Shown in pieces: positions 47,188-50,301 of a DNA stretch of 50,301 nt. Positions within the stretch are counted from its first letter, which is position 1, and the number at the start of each line of letters is the position of its first letter. Under the pieces are notes generated by a model. The model made no database searches and was not told the origin of the DNA. It was given only the letters and a program-made list of their open reading frames with translations. Location: NCBI GenBank assembly GCA_022813965.1, contig JALDZS010000171.1, forward strand, positions 1 to 50,301, read 5' to 3'. A program made the translations under genes and the position numbers. Source of the DNA: Toensbergia leucococca (lineage: Eukaryota).

Positions 47188-47832
47188 ATGCCAGCAGCGA
47201 ACGAAACAGGCGCAAAATCCGGCATCATCACATCCTCGTCCGGCGAACGTCACATTCCACCATCAGTTCGCCCCGACGGTTCCAAGCGGAAAGAGATCAA
47301 AATCCGACCAGGGTATAAACCACCTGAAGATGTTGAAGTGTATAAGAACCGCACAGCGGAGGCTTGGAAGACCAAAGGTACTGGTGGTATCCCAGGTGCG
47401 GTATTAGCAGATGAGAATGGTGGGAACGGAGATAGCAAGACGAGCAACAAGAACGCAAAGAGGAGAGAAGCTCGCAAGAAGGCCAAGGCATTGGAAGAGA
47501 CCGAATTCGATACGGATGGACAGGTGAAGCTCTCGACTTGGGCGGACCGAGTTCCGTCGAACCATCCCGCTCTAGATAAAGAAAATTGGCGGGCCCTGGC
47601 GAAAGAGCATGACCCTGAACTCCAGGCCGAGCCTGATTCCGAAGCTGAAAAGGAGAAGCAGGCGAGGACTTTGAAAAAGAAGCTACGACAAGCTAGAGAG
47701 CTACGAGAGAAAAAGAATAAAGGGGAAAACCTGCTACCAGAGCAATTCGAGAAAGTCATCAAGATCAATGAACTCATTCGGCAGCTGGACAGTCTGGGGT
47801 TCGATGCCGAAGGACAGCCAAAAGAAGCCTAA
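47188..47832 (+). CDS. PYM1: Partner of Y14 and Mago (WIBG/PYM), exon-junction complex disassembly factor
   Basis: GERHIPPSVRPDGSKRKEIKIRPGYKPPEDVEVY Mago-binding motif; C-terminal LKKKLRQARELRE...LLPEQFEKVIK. Confidence 0.9.
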   Translation: MPAANETGAKSGIITSSSGERHIPPSVRPDGSKRKEIKIRPGYKPPEDVEVYKNRTAEAWKTKGTGGIPGAVLADENGGNGDSKTSNKNAKRREARKKAKALEETEFDTDGQVKLSTWADRVPSNHPALDKENWRALAKEHDPELQAEPDSEAEKEKQARTLKKKLRQARELREKKNKGENLLPEQFEKVIKINELIRQLDSLGFDAEGQPKEA

Positions 47833-48211
47833 GTTTCTACTGGTTTATTCAGCGGGAGTTTAGGCATGGAGTTTCCCGGTGATATCTTTCCAGAGACTGG
47901 CGGGGTTGTTTGCAGGCGTTCAAAATGGACAGTTGCTCTAATTTACAGAGATACCCTTGAGCACCTCAGGTACTCGATGAACTTGGCGCCCGGCACAAGC
48001 ACTTCTTACGACAGTAGGTAATGAGCAGGATTTGCAGCTTTCCGGTTCTGATAGAGAACCATTGTGCCAATTCAACACTTGTCTAACAAAGCATATGTCT
48101 CGGGGAGAATTACAATAGCAGATATATAGCATTGCTGTAAAGCCAGCGAAGAGTGTGATTGCAACTCAATGAGCCTTCGTAGCCAACAGCAGGCCTTCAT
48201 AGCTAGTTGCT

Positions 48212-50105
48212 CTAAGTATTCTTTTTGACTTGGATCCAACGCTGTCCATCGGCAAAATACTCCAACCCCGTCGTTCCGGTTCGATTCACTAATCCCATAA
48301 CGACGTCTTTCGCAGCCCGCACACAGTCGTTCAAACCAACTCCTGTATAACTATTGCCCGCCACCCTCAGCCTGTTTTGAAACCTTCTTAGTAGTAGATC
48401 GGCCTCCTTCATTCTTTGTCCATGCCCAACGGTATACTGCGGAATACACTCTCTCTGCAAACCGACCCTTACCGCTTGCGGCTCCTCCGCAATACCTAGG
48501 TGACGGCCCAAGATCGCCTTCGCCATGCTCGCTCCCTCCTCCTCATCTGGGTAGGTGTCCCAGCCGTCCCACCAATGGCCTCCTAGCATGACGGTGACTT
48601 TTGTGCCGGGAATACTATCTTGACCAATGGTAGCATCGGAGTCGAAGATGACCCCTAAAGCGCGTTCCGGGTTCTGAGAGAATGGGAGGGAGCGAGGGAG
48701 GAGGTATCCGAATCCATGGACAGGGAGAAGGGAGGGATTAGCATAGAACAGGTTCACGACCATTACTGTGACGGAGGGCGTTTGTGAGAACGGGGCGAGG
48801 CTGTTAGAGGGCTGCGTAATAGAGTTCAAGGTTTTGCTAGAAATTGTCGATATTACGTGAGTAAACTGGTAGTGGTTTGCTTTTGATTTGGGAGAAGGGG
48901 AAGTCGTGTTCGATTGCGTGACAATTTGTATCTACATAGTCGAGTATGTCAACAAAGGAGCTTCTCGTCAAATGATAGACTTTATCACGGCTTCCATCAA
49001 CCTCTAGGAATAGAATGAGTTGGGTACCTTTGGCTCTGAGCTTTCCGAAAGCAATGCGAGTTGCTCGATGCGAGAATTTCTCCTCAATGTGACGTTTGGG
49101 TTTTCTTGAAGCTTAGTTTCCAGCTTGTTAGCCAGCTCCCCGATACCATTCTTGAACGTATATACACTCGAACGAGATATAATAGCTAGCTTCATTCTTG
49201 CCTCAGGGGTTGACTTTATGGAAGTGTCTCTTTCGACATGAAGATCTTGTTCGGCTAATAACGGTCTTCCTTCAAAGAAGCTGTGGAGGAGTCCCAGTAT
49301 CACAGACCCGTTACCATGCCTTTCATATGCCCATAGGGAAGGTAGAACAGCACGAACACTTAATTGATAGATATCGCCCGCATAAATACCATGCAGAAGA
49401 GCGGACACGAGATTGTCCGCAGGAAGGGGACCAAAACGCCGTGAAACAAATGACCCGACAGACTCATCTTCAAGACCAGGCGGCCGGAGAGGGTTCCCAA
49501 TATCGGCCACAATTCCCGGGAAGATACCCTTGAAAATAGGTTGGGTGAGTGTATCAAAGACCCTTTTAAGTGGCGAAGAGCCTGGGCCAGGCATGCACAC
49601 AAGATGATCAGGATAATATATGAAACGGTTTTGTGCTGCAACGGAGTTTTTCGAAGTCATAAGAACTTCGTCCTCCAATCCGAGCTCACGAATCTATTGA
49701 CACTTAAAAGGATACACAAGAGCTCTGGGAGCTTTCTAGACTCACCAGGTCTAGGGTAACATGTCCATTGGGCCAATTAGGACGTATGCTACGTGGACCC
49801 TGTTCAAAAACAACCTTCCCATTGCCAACATCTATTTTCGTTGACTGAAGCCAGCCGCCCAAGCGCGAACTACTTTCAAAAAGTGTGATGCGAGCATTTG
49901 GGAGTCGTTGGGATAGATAGAATGCGCTTGCCAAACCAGTGATACCACCTCCAAGGACTGCAATGTCTTTGGCTTCATGATCGGGACGAGACGACCGTGT
50001 CTCTGTAGCAAACGGTCTGCGCGAGGTATACCTCTGACATATTGGAGCAGTGTAACAATGTCTTAATAGTATTTCGAGAGTATTGGCCGGATATCTAGAC
50101 CGCAT
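48212..50105 (-). CDS. HEM14: Protoporphyrinogen oxidase; exons 50105-49746, 49693-49028, 48931-48212 (start could be 50120 or 50159)
   Basis: IAVLGGGITGL FAD motif, FEQGPRSIR, NRFIYYPDHLV, GIYAGD, GFGYLLPRS, IPQYTVGH, GVGLNDCV. Confidence 0.95.
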
Positions 50106-50301
50106 GATTGAGTAGATCATCTTTCGTGGTTCAACGCCGTCTAAGTACCACCTACTCATGTAAATTTATATATTTATGCCGGTACGAGGTCAATTTTTAA
50201 AGTATTGCAAATGGCCAACGTAGGAATTTTGAGTCAACGTACCTGAATAGAATCATAACAACAACACACTTTTTGATCACTATTCTTCTATTCATCAACA
50301 C

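Noticed and set aside
7142..47832. Apparent clustering of RNA-processing genes (SmD1, RED-like, PYM1) and ubiquitin-pathway genes (F-box, BTB, UBR1)
   Set aside because: They are dispersed among unrelated housekeeping genes and both categories are large; no evidence of a functional cluster.
48276..48290. GGTTCGATTC T-loop-like motif
   Set aside because: Lies within HEM14 coding sequence and no cloverleaf can be built; no tRNA, rRNA or snRNA was recognised in the window.

Overview
Eukaryotic fungal genomic DNA (filamentous ascomycete, Pezizomycotina; short GT-AG introns with CTRAC/CTAAY branch sites). A lichen-forming lineage is plausible but is only an inference. Bases 1-~6900 are an AT-rich, RIP-type hypermutated transposon block. 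It holds a 3.4-kb apparently non-coding LTR element (196-bp LTRs, polypurine tract, 11-nt Tf1-type self-priming PBS), a Tad-like LINE relic whose ORF1 zinc knuckles and ORF2 APE endonuclease are still readable, and a solo LTR with a 5-bp TSD. The remaining ~43 kb is gene-dense: SmD1, MTQ2, SDH7, a small Cys-rich CAAX protein, an F-box protein, MAM3, a BTB protein, SSR4, a RED-like protein, a GPI-anchored repeat protein, a GH128 glucanase, ISC1, WDR5/SWD3, UBR1, a five-exon QCR9 missed by the ORF track (with a GC-AG intron), PYM1 and HEM14. The most unusual features are the self-priming non-autonomous LTR element and the recurring C-rich/G-rich strand-skew blocks, mostly around poly(A) tracts, at convergent gene ends. 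All calls come from manual reading; no searches were run.
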